A stretch of DNA of 64,000 nt from Octopus sinensis (taxonomy: Eukaryota): contig NW_021829853.1 of the NCBI RefSeq assembly GCF_006345805.1, positions 186,001-250,000 on the forward strand, given 5' to 3'. Shown one piece after another: positions 1 to 56,372 of this stretch (positions are counted from its first letter, which is position 1; every line of letters starts with the position of its first letter). Both the position numbers and the translations under genes were made by a program. The notes under the pieces were generated by a model, which saw nothing but the letters and a program-made list of their open reading frames with translations, was not told where the DNA came from and searched no databases.

Positions 1-282
1 CTACCAACAGACAAGGTTCAGCTGTTCACACTTAACTTGCCTCTCCAATTGGAAAAAAGAAAACCCAAAAAACTTTAGGTCATCTGCAAGACCAATCCCA
101 GTTTTTTTTCTAGTCCATTTACCCACAATGAAACCAGCCCCTGTCACCCATTCTTTGATCATCAACATTGACAGAAAGCTACATGCTTTTATGGCTGTTG
201 TACCTGGCTGAAGAACAGTAACCATTATAAATTGAAACAGGGTCAACTGTACGAATACAAGAGAATCAAATAAAATCACTTT

Positions 283-351
283 AGCAGATTATTGGCCTTG
301 ATCCAACCCCATCAAGTCCCCTGGCTCCAAATGAAAGATTCATTACAACAG
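283..351. repeat. 69-nt element duplicated in two importin alpha introns (copy B)
   Basis: About 90% identical to 3131-3198 by eye. Confidence 0.75.
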
Positions 352-373
352 GGACGGACACCTTTGACTTGAT

Positions 374-552
374 TTAACTCTTTACCATATTTATTTTCAG
401 ATGCTCTGCGTTTCTTGCAATTTTAAATAACTTAGTTATCATTAAGCTAGTGTTAGGAACATAAATTGCGACTAAGGTTTGGAAGATTTCAATTCAAAAT
501 CTATGGAAAGACATTTGTACTATAGAGCCAGAGGTGGTATCGAATGGGTTAA
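374..552. mobile_element. TTAA-flanked piggyBac-like MITE
   Basis: TTAA-CTCTTT...AATGGG-TTAA; related longer copy at 25359-25586. Confidence 0.6.
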
Positions 553-1287
553 TATCAAAGATTAGAATATGGTAGAGAGCTGGCAGAATTGTTAGCATGC
601 CAGGCAAAATGCTCAATGGCACTTTTTTGCCATGGTTGACAGTCTTTCATCCCCTTGGGAATGTTAAGTACTGGTTTACCTCTCCCTGAAAATTGCGGAC
701 CTTGTGCCAAAATTTGAATTCCTTGCTTAAAGATTAGAATGCTTTGAAATTGAGGCATAAAATCCTACCATGATTTCAATGCCATCAACCCCAAGACACT
801 ATTACAGAGTTCTAATGTTCAAAGCTGGTTACTCAGTTTCCACATTGTATAAGTGACCGAGATCCCAACATTCCATTGCAGGGTCTTCCATGCTGGCATG
901 AGTTGGACAGTTTGACCAAAGCTGATAAACCAGAGAACTGTGCCAAGTTCTGCCTGCTTAGGTATGGTCGAATGCCCTTCCTAATGCCAACCGTTTTATA
1001 GAGTGGGTTGGGTGCTTTTATGTTGCACCAACATCAGTAAGGTCTGCTTTGGCAGGCAAGTGATCAGAAATTTGCAAATACATGGTTCTGGGCCCGATGT
1101 GAAAGTGTTAAGGACATGTTCCGTAGCAGCAAGTTGGCCGTTTAAGTCAGTTGAAAAACTGGTGTAGTACCTCCCCAAGTCCTGTAACTTGATTTGATAA
1201 AAGCCTCAGACTCAAATAAGTTGACTGGTCGTTTAATTAATTAAGACTTTTAACAGAATAAAATGATCATATAAAAAGGCAACTTAC

Positions 1288-1464
1288 CATTGCCAGCTTT
1301 TCAACAACAATGGGGATGATGCCAGCCTCGATAACTTGCTGGATCTGACTGGAATTGCCAGCAGTGATGTTGGAGACGGTCCAGGCAGCTTCTTTTTGAA
1401 TGTTAGGTCGAGAATGCCTCAACAATCCATGAAATACAGGCAAGGCATTTGCTTCCAAAACAAC
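1288..1464 (-). CDS. KPNA2: Importin alpha exon 8 ([11 protein letters not shown]...IVVEKLAM)
   Basis: 177 nt, cccag acceptor, gtaagt donor; no further importin exon found in 1-1287. Confidence 0.95.
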
Positions 1465-4400
1465 CTGGGGAAAAGAAAATTTAAGATTTCTCTGTATAAA
1501 ACTCATTGAAAGAACCCAACAGATTTCAATGATTTTAAAAAAACCAAACTTTAAATTTTTAAAAAGAACAGATTTGTATTCAGACTAGCATTCTAACATA
1601 GCAATAGCTTATTTTAGCAAATCTATCCAACTGGAAAGCTATTCCTGTTAGAATTAAACCCATTTGGCATTTAAACTGGCCAAATCCAGCCCTAAATATT
1701 CTGTTTTATGTTCAAACTGGCCGGATCTGGCGTCTCACACCTACCCTACAATATCATTCCAAAAATATCACATCACTGAAATCTCAAAGCTACAATCAAT
1801 ACAAACTGAATAAACAAATATTTGGCAGAGTGACCTGAAGGCTGAAGGTTTAGGAACACAAAACTGGCCCTGAAAATTTTTTTTAGTATATCATCTACAT
1901 TTATCATATACGGAGGTGCAATGGCCCAGTGATTAGGGCAGCGAACTCAAGGTTGTAGGATCGCGGTTTTGATTCCCAGATTGGGTGTTGTGAGTCCTTA
2001 TTGAGCAAAAACACCTAAAGCTTCACGTGGCTCCAGCAGGGGGTGGTGGCAATCACTGCTGCACTCTTTCGCCACAACTTTCTCTCACTCTTCTATTGGC
2101 CTGCTCGCTTAGCCAGTGGGGCGGCGTCATTTGAAGGCTAAAACAATGCAAAGCGCATTGTGAACAGCGATGGTGTAGCAACATCTGATAGCCTGGTTGG
2201 TCACGGTGATCATAAATAAAAACATTGAATGACAACTTACTTGTGTTTGACAGTCATCTCCAGTCACAATATTTCCAACGGTTCTTAAGGCAGGAGTTAT
2301 CACAGATATTTTGGGATGTTGCAGCAGTTCAACCAGTCGAGGGATGACATCTGCAAAAAGACAAAACCTCAAGTTCCAGAAACTGATTTTAATTTGAAGA
2401 ACAATTCGAAGAAACATCAAACAATGCAACAGAAAAATTCCTTACTGCTTTCAATAACAGCTTGAATCTTCTCATTTGGTCCATCAGTGATGTAAGAGAA
2501 TGCCCAGAGTGTGTCAGAGAGTACTTCAGCATCGGTATGATGTAAAAGTGCTGCCAGAATTGGAAGACATTTCTGAATAACGTCAAAAGATGGGGTTGGG
2601 TTCTTGTTTCGACACAAGTTGGAAATTGTCCAGGTGACATTTCTTAGAAAACCAGCCTACAAGTAAAAATGTAAAATTAAAATAAGAATCCATCCTCCAA
2701 CCCACTCCACAGATGGAATCTGTTAAAAAAAAGATACTTACAGGAAGGTCACGTTTAGCAAGTTTAAGAAGAGGCTCTACGACACCACATTCTGTGACAA
2801 AATCTCGCAGTTCTGGACCATCACCTGAAGAAGGAAGAAAAAGCAAACCGATATTCCAAGAAGAAGCTCTAGCAAGAATTAAAGGACAAAATATAAAAAA
2901 AATAAAAAATACTTACCAGCAATGTTACCAAGGGCCCAGACTGCTTGCTCACAGACATGAAGGTCTTCAGATGTCAAAAGGGAAATGAAATCAGGGACAG
3001 CGCCAGCAGCAACTACGGCTTTGGTTTGGTCACTGTTACCAGAAGCAATGTTGGTCAGGGCCCAGGCAGCTTCAAATTGGAGTTCAGGCCTGAAATAAAA
3101 TAGGTTTGTCAAAGATATTGAATATCAGGAAGCAGATTATTGGCTTTGATCCACCCCACTAAGTTCCCTGGCTCCAAATGAAAGATTCTTTACAACAGAA
3201 TAGGAAAAAAACGCCCTATTATGACAAACTCTTGCTGAGCTATTTGGCAGAGTGACCTGAATGCCATAATTGAACTCAGAACATCCAGTCTAGAAGCCAA
3301 TCAAGAAATACAAGTTGGGAGCAAGTGAAGACAGAGACCCCTACTAAAGAACAATTAAATCTTCAAATTTTCTGTACTGCTTGACCTCGAGATATTCTGC
3401 CTGCCAATAATAGCTTGATTATCAAGATGTGGTACAAGCAACCAAACGTGAAGAGTTAAGTTCTACTTAAAATAACGTTAGGACCAGTGATAAATTCCAG
3501 ATCAACAATCTCCAGACAAATTTAAAACACCACTTGGTCAGTGAGCAATGTAAAGACATTGAGAAAGGAATAAACCCTATATAAAAAAAAAAAAAAAAAA
3601 AAATCCTTACCTTCCGACACATTTCAGGAATTCAACTAACTTTGGTACAAGACCAGCCGTTATGATGGCATCAATGGGTGGATTCCTCTCTTTGGAAAGC
3701 AAGCGTCGTGCAGCTTGGGTTGCTTCAAGCTGAGCCTCTACAGAGTCACCACTAATACCATAGATGATCTCATTGAGGGTCAAGGAAGAACTGGTACCCT
3801 GGAAAACAAACGGCACAATAGACCATATAGAGTGCTGTGAATTAACGAAATACCTGTGACTAACAAAAAGATTCATCACATTTGACATAAAGCTATAAAT
3901 TTATATAACCATCACTAGTCCGGACCTCAAACTTTGGGGGCTATCAGGCAATTTTGCATAAACTAGACGTGTAATAACTTCAGCACCAAAAAAACAGACG
4001 AGTATGGTTAATAAAAATTTGTCTTGTTCACATTACTTGGGGTTAACCACTTGACCAAATCCATGCACTCATTACACCCTTGGAGTAGTTGGAAAATGGA
4101 TGTTAAACACAGATGGTCTCCATTCACCAATTCCACCTTCTACTCGCCAAGGTTTGAAGCTGGTTTTAAATATTGACAGACATATTTTCTAAAATCTGTG
4201 AGAAAAAATAAAATCATAGCTTGACAGAATTCTGGTTTAAGCATTCCATTTATATCCCCACCATAGCTTTAATTTTTTGAATTTTTGGAAAATATTTACG
4301 AATGCGTTCTACACACCTGAACTTTCACGATAAAAAAAAATTTAAGGGCGATTTAGCCGTTATTTCTAGCACTTCTCACGATCACCTGATATCTTCCTTG

Positions 4401-4578
4401 TTTCTTTGTCCCTGACATGTTTTTAATTATTTTTCTGCCTATAAACACAATGGAGTGATGATACACTCAAAGGTTGTCCATTGCTGGTACTTAAGCAAAA
4501 CATCTGACTGTTATAAACTCGGACTTGTATAAAAAGTTCTGGTTACAGGTAGATAGAAACTGAAAAAAGCCGGTCATT

Positions 4579-4612
<34 letters not shown>

Positions 4613-6729
4613 GCAATGACGAGTGACAGAGACCTTTGGCAATATACTTGTACCTGAGATCCATCAAGTCAAGTGAAATAGCAGTCGTGGGTGATGCTGG
4701 TTGTCACGTAACCGACACATGTGCCGGTCGCATGTAAATAGCACCTTTCGAGCACTGGGCCTCACGGAGATAAAGTGGCTGAGCTCCTTTCGAGCATTGG
4801 GCCTCACGGAGGCAATAACAGAGACAATTTGCCATTATGTCGTGCTTCAGAAGAACCATCAAGCCGTGCAAATTGCAGTAGTGGTAGATACCGATGTCAC
4901 ACAAAAGGGCAAATGTGCCGGTGGAACGTAAAAACACCCATTACACTCTCAGAGTGGTTGGCATTAGGAAGGGTATCCAGCTGTAGAAACCATGCCAAAT
5001 CCAACTGGAGTCTGGTGCAGCCTTCGAGCCCGGGTTAAACCGCTCAACTCATACCATCATGGACAACGGAGGTTAAATGATAAAAAATATTTCGAAAAGT
5101 TTGAAATTTTAAATAGGGATAGGGTAAATAAAAAAAAAAAAAAAATTGCATATTCATAATCTCCGAAATCTGAAACGTAGGAATCCGAAAAATGTTTTTA
5201 CAAAAAATGCATTTTTTCTAGGAGAGGTGCTATTCTGCATTCAGCCCCGATGTATTTGTGTCCCCCGTACCATAGCATGACAACCGATGTTGGTGTGTTT
5301 ACATCCCCGTAACTAGCGGTTCGGCAAGAGAGGACGATAGAATAAGTACTAGGCTTATAAAGAATAAGTCCTGGGGTAGATTTCTTCGACTAAAGGCGGT
5401 GCTCCAGCATGGTCGCAGTAAGCAAATAAAAGGTTATAAGGGGTGCTTAAAACCAGAATTCCTCCGATGGTTTTTTAAGTCGTTAGAGAAACTTTAATAA
5501 GCACGGAAACTGGTTTTCTTGATACATTTTTCTTTCATGTATTCGAAAAAATACTTCCAGCAAAGCTTCGATTAGGGGGGGGGGAATACCAAAGTTTCAG
5601 TAAAAAGAATTACACGATTCCTATCAAATTTTAGCTTTTGATAAAAATTTTCTAAATCTTACTGAAAGTTTGAATAATGAATACAAGTTATATAGTTAAC
5701 ACCACACATGGATTTTATCCATTTTATAGCCGAAAACTAAACATCAATATTTGTTATTTTGAGGCATTACAAAAACCGTTTGACATCACAGAACCATTAA
5801 CGACAAAAAGGTTTGTGTTAAACCATGAAGTATACACGATTCATGTGGTCAGTTATTAAAACTTTTCCTCGAGCGATAATAACGTGAATAAGTTCATTCG
5901 ATCCGTTAAATAACGGCACCAAGCACTGGTTACAAGGTGCGTGTTCCATGATCTTCAATAGTGTTATGCGACTTGTGATTAAAAGATAAGAGACATGACT
6001 ATTGGTGATTTATCGCCATCAAAGAAAAGCTTACTTGATTCCTCTCTTTAAGTGGACTGACTGCATCATCAGACAAATCCCCAATATTTCTTCTCTTCAT
6101 TGTCTGGTCATCCTTTTTTTGCTTGCGCAACTCAACGGAAACTTCAGCTCTTCGCCGCCTCATCTCCTGAAAAAAAAGAAAAAAAAAGAAAGATAATTGC
6201 TGTAGTTAGGATAAAATATTGAACTTGATGTAAAAAGGCATCGACGAACCGGTTTTATTGTTTGATCGCCGCTGCCTCATACTCCCAATTCGAAATCCAG
6301 TGGGTGGAGAAGAGAAATTCTTTATAGTTAAATAAAATTCTATACATTTTGAAAAACAACCAAAAACTACAATTCCAAAAGAACACGAGAATAAATTAAT
6401 ATTTTAAATTACACAAAGTGTGTTAAAGGTTAACGATTTAAACTTTCAAATATAAGGCATTTGACAGGTTTTAAACGATACAGCCTTTGTTTCAGGAAAC
6501 ATTTAAATAGCTTTTAAAAATAAAATTAAGTTCGTTTTTTTTTATCTAGCTCCTCAAACGGTATGGGGAGAGGGGGGGGGGTCGCCGTTAAGATTGAGTT
6601 CATATCGGTAATTTCACCATCCGATGAAAGGGAAAAGCCGCGAATTCTAAGACAAGCTATGGAGTGGAGACGTTCACGCCTTCATCAACCATTTGAGGTG
6701 ACGTAGATTCTATTCGGGAATGGAAGGCG

Positions 6730-6774
<45 letters not shown>

Positions 6775-7292
6775 AATAAAAATTAACAACCCTCAGTACG
6801 TTGCCAGTGCCCGTTATGTAATTACCGTAATTAACGGTAATTTAAAACAATACATTTATTGAATTTTTTTTTTGTATTTCGTCATTTAAAACTGACGCAA
6901 TAAAACTCGGAATGTTTAAATCTTAGTTCGTAAATTCAGATTATTTAAAAAGAGTTCGTCGATAAAAATTTGAAACAGTCGAAAAATGACCACCCGTTAT
7001 GAGCCGTGGTACATGTGTAAAAGCAGACATTCCTTGGAATAGTAATACAAAACTTGCATAAATTTAATAAGTAGGGCTAAATGATCTCTTTAATTACAAA
7101 TTGAATATAAAACGATTGTTAGGTGGGTGGTGTGGGAGATTAAAATTATACTGTATTTAAATTAATACCATCCGAGATTAAAGGACGATAATATTGACCA
7201 TTATTATTGCAAGAAATGTTCCAAAAACTTACTGTTAGGTCGCGGCCGAGGTTCTTGTAAGATTTTTGACGTTGAACATCCTGTTCTGGCAT
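1288..7292 (-). CDS. KPNA2: Importin subunit alpha, KPNA2/Pendulin-like; spliced CDS join of 7292-7233, 6166-6035, 3798-3611, 3089-2917, 2824-2742, 2656-2446, 2350-2241, 1464-1288; 3'-partial
   Basis: All exons have AG/GT ends and compatible phases. IBB domain ([27 protein letters not shown]) followed by ARM repeats ([81 protein letters not shown]). Subfamily call rests on remembered similarity to KPNA2 over KPNA1/KPNA4. Confidence 0.93.
1912..2212 (+). mobile_element. tRNA-derived SINE
   Basis: A-box-like TGGCCCAGTGA and B-box-like GTTTTGATTCC; closely similar copy at 43731-44035. Confidence 0.8.
2241..2350 (-). CDS. KPNA2: Importin alpha exon 7 ([12 protein letters not shown]...VTGDDCQTQ)
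   Basis: 110 nt, tttgcag acceptor, gtaagt donor. Confidence 0.95.
2446..2656 (-). CDS. KPNA2: Importin alpha exon 6 ([20 protein letters not shown]...KIQAVIES)
   Basis: 211 nt, ttgtag acceptor, gtaagg donor. Confidence 0.95.
2742..2824 (-). CDS. KPNA2: Importin alpha exon 5 ([27 protein letters not shown])
   Basis: 83 nt, cttcag acceptor, gtaagt donor. Confidence 0.95.
2917..3089 (-). CDS. KPNA2: Importin alpha exon 4 ([17 protein letters not shown]...WALGNIA)
   Basis: 173 nt, phase 2 in and phase 1 out, canonical splice sites. Confidence 0.96.
3131..3198. repeat. 68-nt element duplicated in two importin alpha introns (copy A)
   Basis: About 90% identical to 283-351 by eye; ends about 40 nt upstream of the exon 4 acceptor. 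Confidence 0.75.
3611..3798 (-). CDS. KPNA2: Importin alpha exon 3 ([12 protein letters not shown]...LVEFLKCVG)
   Basis: 188 nt, ttttccag acceptor, gtaagg donor, ARM repeat. Confidence 0.95.
6035..6166 (-). CDS. KPNA2: Importin alpha exon 2, IBB domain ([15 protein letters not shown]...SPLKERNQ)
   Basis: 132 nt, polypyrimidine tract + cag acceptor, gtaagc donor; RRRR and KRRN motifs. Confidence 0.95.
7233..7292 (-). CDS. KPNA2: Importin alpha coding exon 1 ([20 protein letters not shown])
   Basis: ATG at 7292-7290, 60 nt, donor gtaagt; upstream acceptor tttctttctag at 7311; resembles the RxxxxKNxG start of the IBB domain. Confidence 0.88.
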
Positions 7293-7423
7293 TTTGAGTG
7301 AATTTTAATTCTAGAAAGAAAAAAAGAATTTAAATATGAAAATTTGAAAAAAAACTAGTAAAATTCATTTGTAAATTGTATAAAAATTACAAAGTTGGTA
7401 TTGATAAAATAAATATTTCTTAC

Positions 7424-7530
7424 AGAAAAAAGAAAACAAGTTCAGTTGAATTAATAAAAATAAATGAGTTGAAAACAGTCGGAGAACAAGACGTGAATGG
7501 TTCGGACTTAGAATCCAACTAATATTTGAA
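7424..7530 (-). other. KPNA2: Putative non-coding 5' UTR exon of the importin alpha gene
   Basis: The ATG exon is preceded by an acceptor at 7311; candidate donor ct|gtaaga at 7423; lies just downstream of the CCAAT/CHR cluster. The 5' end (TSS) is only an estimate. Confidence 0.4.
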
Positions 7531-7610
7531 AATTAAAAGCCGACCGTTTAAACAGAATGCTTCTTACATTTGATTGGTTAGTTGCGTTACACACTTTGTT
7601 TTCTGATTGG
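7525..7610 (-). promoter_or_regulatory. Two CCAAT boxes 33 bp apart plus CHR-like hexamers (cell-cycle-type promoter)
   Basis: ATTGG at 7573-7577 and 7606-7610 (CCAATCA on the minus strand); TTTAAA 7547-7552; TTTGAA 7525-7530. Confidence 0.55.
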
Positions 7611-7818
7611 TCGCTTTAAAACTCACAACCAACCAACTTCAGTTCTGTTGTTTGAAATTAATACTGTTAGTTCTATACTAAACTTTCCACTTCTGTCAAT
7701 AATAATACAATTGGTATTTAATTAGACAAAGGGTATGGATTGTAATTAATTCCACGCCAAAACTCATACGTAATTATGAAAAAAAAAAATTAATCCTGTA
7801 AACAAATACCAAATTAAG

Positions 7819-8131
7819 TACTACTTGAGAACAGTGGTCCCAGTGCGCGCACTCGCGTACTCGCGCATCCGCGCTAGCTAGTCATGACTAGTCGATCCTG
7901 TCTCTGTGTTTTTGTGTTATTTGCTTTGTTTAAAGAATTATTTACTTTGTGTTTTTGTGTTTTATTTACTTTGTTTAACAAAGTAAATAATTTTACTTTG
8001 TGTAAAAAAATTATTTATTTTGTGTTTTATTTACTTTGCTAGGTAGTCGTAGGATCGACTAGTCACGACTAGCTAGCGCGGATGCGCGACTACGCGAGTG
8101 CGCGCACCGGGACCACTGTTCTCAAGTAGTG
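7819..8131. mobile_element. MITE with 80-bp terminal inverted repeats in the bidirectional promoter
   Basis: Arms 7820-7899 and 8051-8130 match at 77/80; 151-bp T-rich spacer with repeated TATTTACTTTG; right end reads CACTAC on the minus strand; no clean TSD, superfamily unresolved. Confidence 0.85.
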
Positions 8132-8445
8132 CCCCAAATTATAACGCAATAATATTAAATATATTATTATTTTAATATTTTAAAAAATATAACAATTTAG
8201 TATTAATATCAAGCATTCAAAGTGCATAATTTGATTTAGAAAAATATTTAAAATTTGAATAAAATAATAATTATTTAATTTCAAACAACTGCTCAATAAA
8301 AGTAAATATTTAGGATGAAATTTTTTTTCTTTTAGATATTCTTCGCTCAGAAAACAAACAAGGAAAAAAAAAGATTTATATAAAATATGTAAGACTATAA
8401 AATATAAGATTATGAAATAAAAATATTTTTTATCAAAAGTTAGGT

Positions 8446-8493
8446 GGGGCGACTATTTAGCGGAAGTTCTGAGAGGTTGGTAGTGCGCATGCT
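8446..8493 (+). promoter_or_regulatory. Proximal promoter motifs of FGFR1OP: GC box, ETS, NRF1-like
   Basis: GGGGCG about 8446-8451, CGGAAGT 8461-8467, TGCGCATGCT 8484-8493, all within 70 bp of the ATG. Confidence 0.5.
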
Positions 8494-8512
8494 CAGACTA
8501 GTTGTTGATAAC

Positions 8513-53463
<44,951 letters not shown>

Positions 53464-53997
53464 GTGAGTGGTTTTATGTCGTGGCTTTCGTGATTTGTCC
53501 ACTTCGATCATTTCATCGCTTTGTTTTTTCAATATATTGACTTTGTTTTCATAATATTCAGCTTCACCACAGAAAAAAAAAACACCAAAAAAAAAAACAA
53601 AACATTTACTAAATTTTGGATCCTGATCATTTCCAGATTATATTTCATTTGGTCAATTTGTTTTCGTAACTATCAGCTGCTTTCTGTATGTGATATCTAT
53701 TTTAATTATGTTTCACAAAGAACACTGTTATAATTAGTGTGGTGATTAACACTAGGTTTTTAATTGGCAAATAATTTAATGGAGGATTTTCCATTAAAGC
53801 TGCACAAAACTGTTTGACATTCTTTGTTTACATCAAAACCAAACAAGAACCAACTGGAATCCCCAATGGCTTTCATTGTTCCACACCAAACTCTTCTCTG
53901 TCTTTGACTGGATTTTAACCATCGAAATTGTTTGCAAGCTAATTGTGTCTACAAATACACCCCTGTACTCCACCCTGTGTATTGCTATACACTATAC

Positions 53998-54225
53998 CAG
54001 TGGGTCCTAATCTGGGGTCCATCACCTCCTGGTGGTTTGCAGACCCATGGGCGTTTGCTGACTCCTGGTGGTCTGCAAAAGGTAGTACTGGGTGGGGGTG
54101 GGGTGTCCATGAACTAAATCGAAAATTTTATATGTATGATGATGTATGCTTAAGGAGAAGCATGTTAAAAGGGGTCTGTGGGGAAAACTCAGATAAAATG
54201 GTTGGGAATCACTTGGGAACCACTG
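53998..54225. mobile_element. hAT (Charlie-like) MITE
   Basis: CAGTGGGTCC...GGGAACCACTG termini; imperfect 8-bp TSD CACTATAC/CACTACAT. Confidence 0.7.
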
Positions 54226-55804
54226 CACTACATATTCATCATCATAATCATCATCATCGTTGTTTAATGTCTGCTTTCCATGCTGGCATGGGTTGGACAG
54301 TTTGACTGAGAACTTGTAAGCCAGAAGGCTGCACCAGGCTCAATCTGATCTGGCAAAGTTTCTACAGCTGGATTCCCTTCCTAACACCAACCACTCCGAG
54401 AGTGCAGTGGGTGCTTTTATGTGCCACTGGCACAAGGACCAGTCAGGCAGTACTAGTAACGACCATGCTCAAGAGGTGTTTTTCATGTGCCACCTGCACA
54501 GGAGCCAGTCTTGCGGCATTGGCAACGATCATGCATCATGCTCGGATGTGCTTTTAACGTTCCACTGGCACGAGTACCAATCGGGCAGTACTGTCATCGG
54601 CCACGTCAGCCATTTTGATTTGATTTAATTAAGTGCCTTCATTATTTCTAGATTAATTCTAACGAGCACTGGCCCCTTGAAATTGTCCAGTCTTTTATCT
54701 GAATGTTTATTTTGAATGGTTGGTTGTTTTTTTGTTCTTCTTCCTCTTTGCCATCAGCCACGATGACAAATATCCTGGTGGTGCCCTGGGGCTGATTCTG
54801 CAAATGAAATGAAAGTGTCTTGGGTTGAAACCCAGAGTTCCATCCGATCAGCTCTGTTACCATTTTCTTCATGAAAGAAAGATCTGGGAGTTCAGTTCTG
54901 CACTGAGCACATTCAACCTTTTCCCAAGCCGACTGATATGGGGGTGGGGGTATCTACGTTGCTCGACCAGCTAGAAATAGCAACCAAATATCCCTTGTCT
55001 CACAGTCTTCTGGTCATTTCCAAAGTAAAGAAACAATGGATAGATGCACTATCTGAATATAAGATGGGATGGTCGTAGCCAGAATGTCTTTGATCATCTG
55101 CTCAAATAGGGCTGACTGGTATTTAATTGACAATAATTTGAATTAATGAGGTTTAAAATAGTTGAACTTGTTTATGAGGTGGAGGGAGTCCACAAAGGAG
55201 TGTTGTAGGATCATGATGGTCGTGTCAGATCCCTCAACTTGCTAGAAATAGAAAACAAATTCCCCTCATATTATACCCTACTACTCTTCAAAATAAAATG
55301 GAAGATAAAGGTACATTGAATAATGTGGTCCTTGATAAACTGTGCCTAAAAATGAGGAGGAGAGATGTTCATGGTTGGGATGTTCATGGTTGGGATGCCT
55401 TTCATCATACTTATTTAACTAAGGTTAATCTGGTATGAAATAATACCACCACCACAGCCACCACCACTGCCAACAACAACAACAACACCACCACCACCAC
55501 CACCACAAGTATTTGAAAGGCAATGTTGATCTTGATAAGATTTGAACTCTGAATTAAAGGGCTTTCGCTAACTACCACTATTCAATTTGTCTGAATAATA
55601 ATAATAATGGTTTCAAATTTTGCCACAATTTTTGGGGCGGGGATAAGTCGATTACATCGACCCAGTGATGCAAGGTAAAGTCGACCTCAGTGGAATTTGA
55701 ACTCAGAATGTAGCAGTGGATGAAATGCTGCTAAGCATTTTGTCCACCGTGCTGACGATTTTGCCAGCTCACTCCCTTAATAATAAATGCTCTGATACTG
55801 CACC

Positions 55805-56372
55805 AGGCAGTGGTTCTCATGGCTTAAATGCCCTGATGCAGTACCAAGCAGTGGCTTTCATGGCTTCTGATCTTAACTGATTGGAAGTGTTATCATGTAC
55901 ATTGTTTTGTCTTGATATAAAAGATGGGCTACAGCAAATATTCTGCTCAATACCACAGATTTGCTTGTCAGTTGTTTGAGTATGTCCCTTAGTGGCTGAC
56001 GATATGTGCATCTCCGATCATGAGCAGAAGTAGTCGGGGAGCATCATGGCCATGTGTTGAGAGGGATTCTTTGGGGTTTGAATAATTCACCTCTGGAAAC
56101 ATGGGTGTTTCGTTTCACATCCTTAAACAATCCTTATTCAGGGACCTTTTGAGTAGGATGGGCTACTCGACCAAAAGAAAATTCTAGCTGGGCTCCACCT
56201 GCAAAGTCATGTGCTGTTTATCTTGATATGAGATCACCATGTCACGCACATATGATTGTGATGCATGTGCCCAGTGTACCCTTATCAGGCGAATAGTCAT
56301 GATGGGTATACTGGGCTTTGTATATTTTACCCCAGTGTCACTTTGATGGCATACACTACTCTCTCACTCAAT
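55805..56372. repeat. Unclassified interspersed repeat, about 570 bp
   Basis: Recognised from memory as a common octopus repeat; only one copy in this window. Confidence 0.35.

Noticed and set aside
996-1178. Possible importin alpha exon 9 (DLGRYYTSF...)
   Set aside because: No similarity to the expected ARM continuation (xDFKTQKEAxWA); the real exon must lie before position 1
54760-54797. SECIS element (ATGA...TGAT)
   Set aside because: Helix II does not pair, there is no apical AA in position, and the site is intronic
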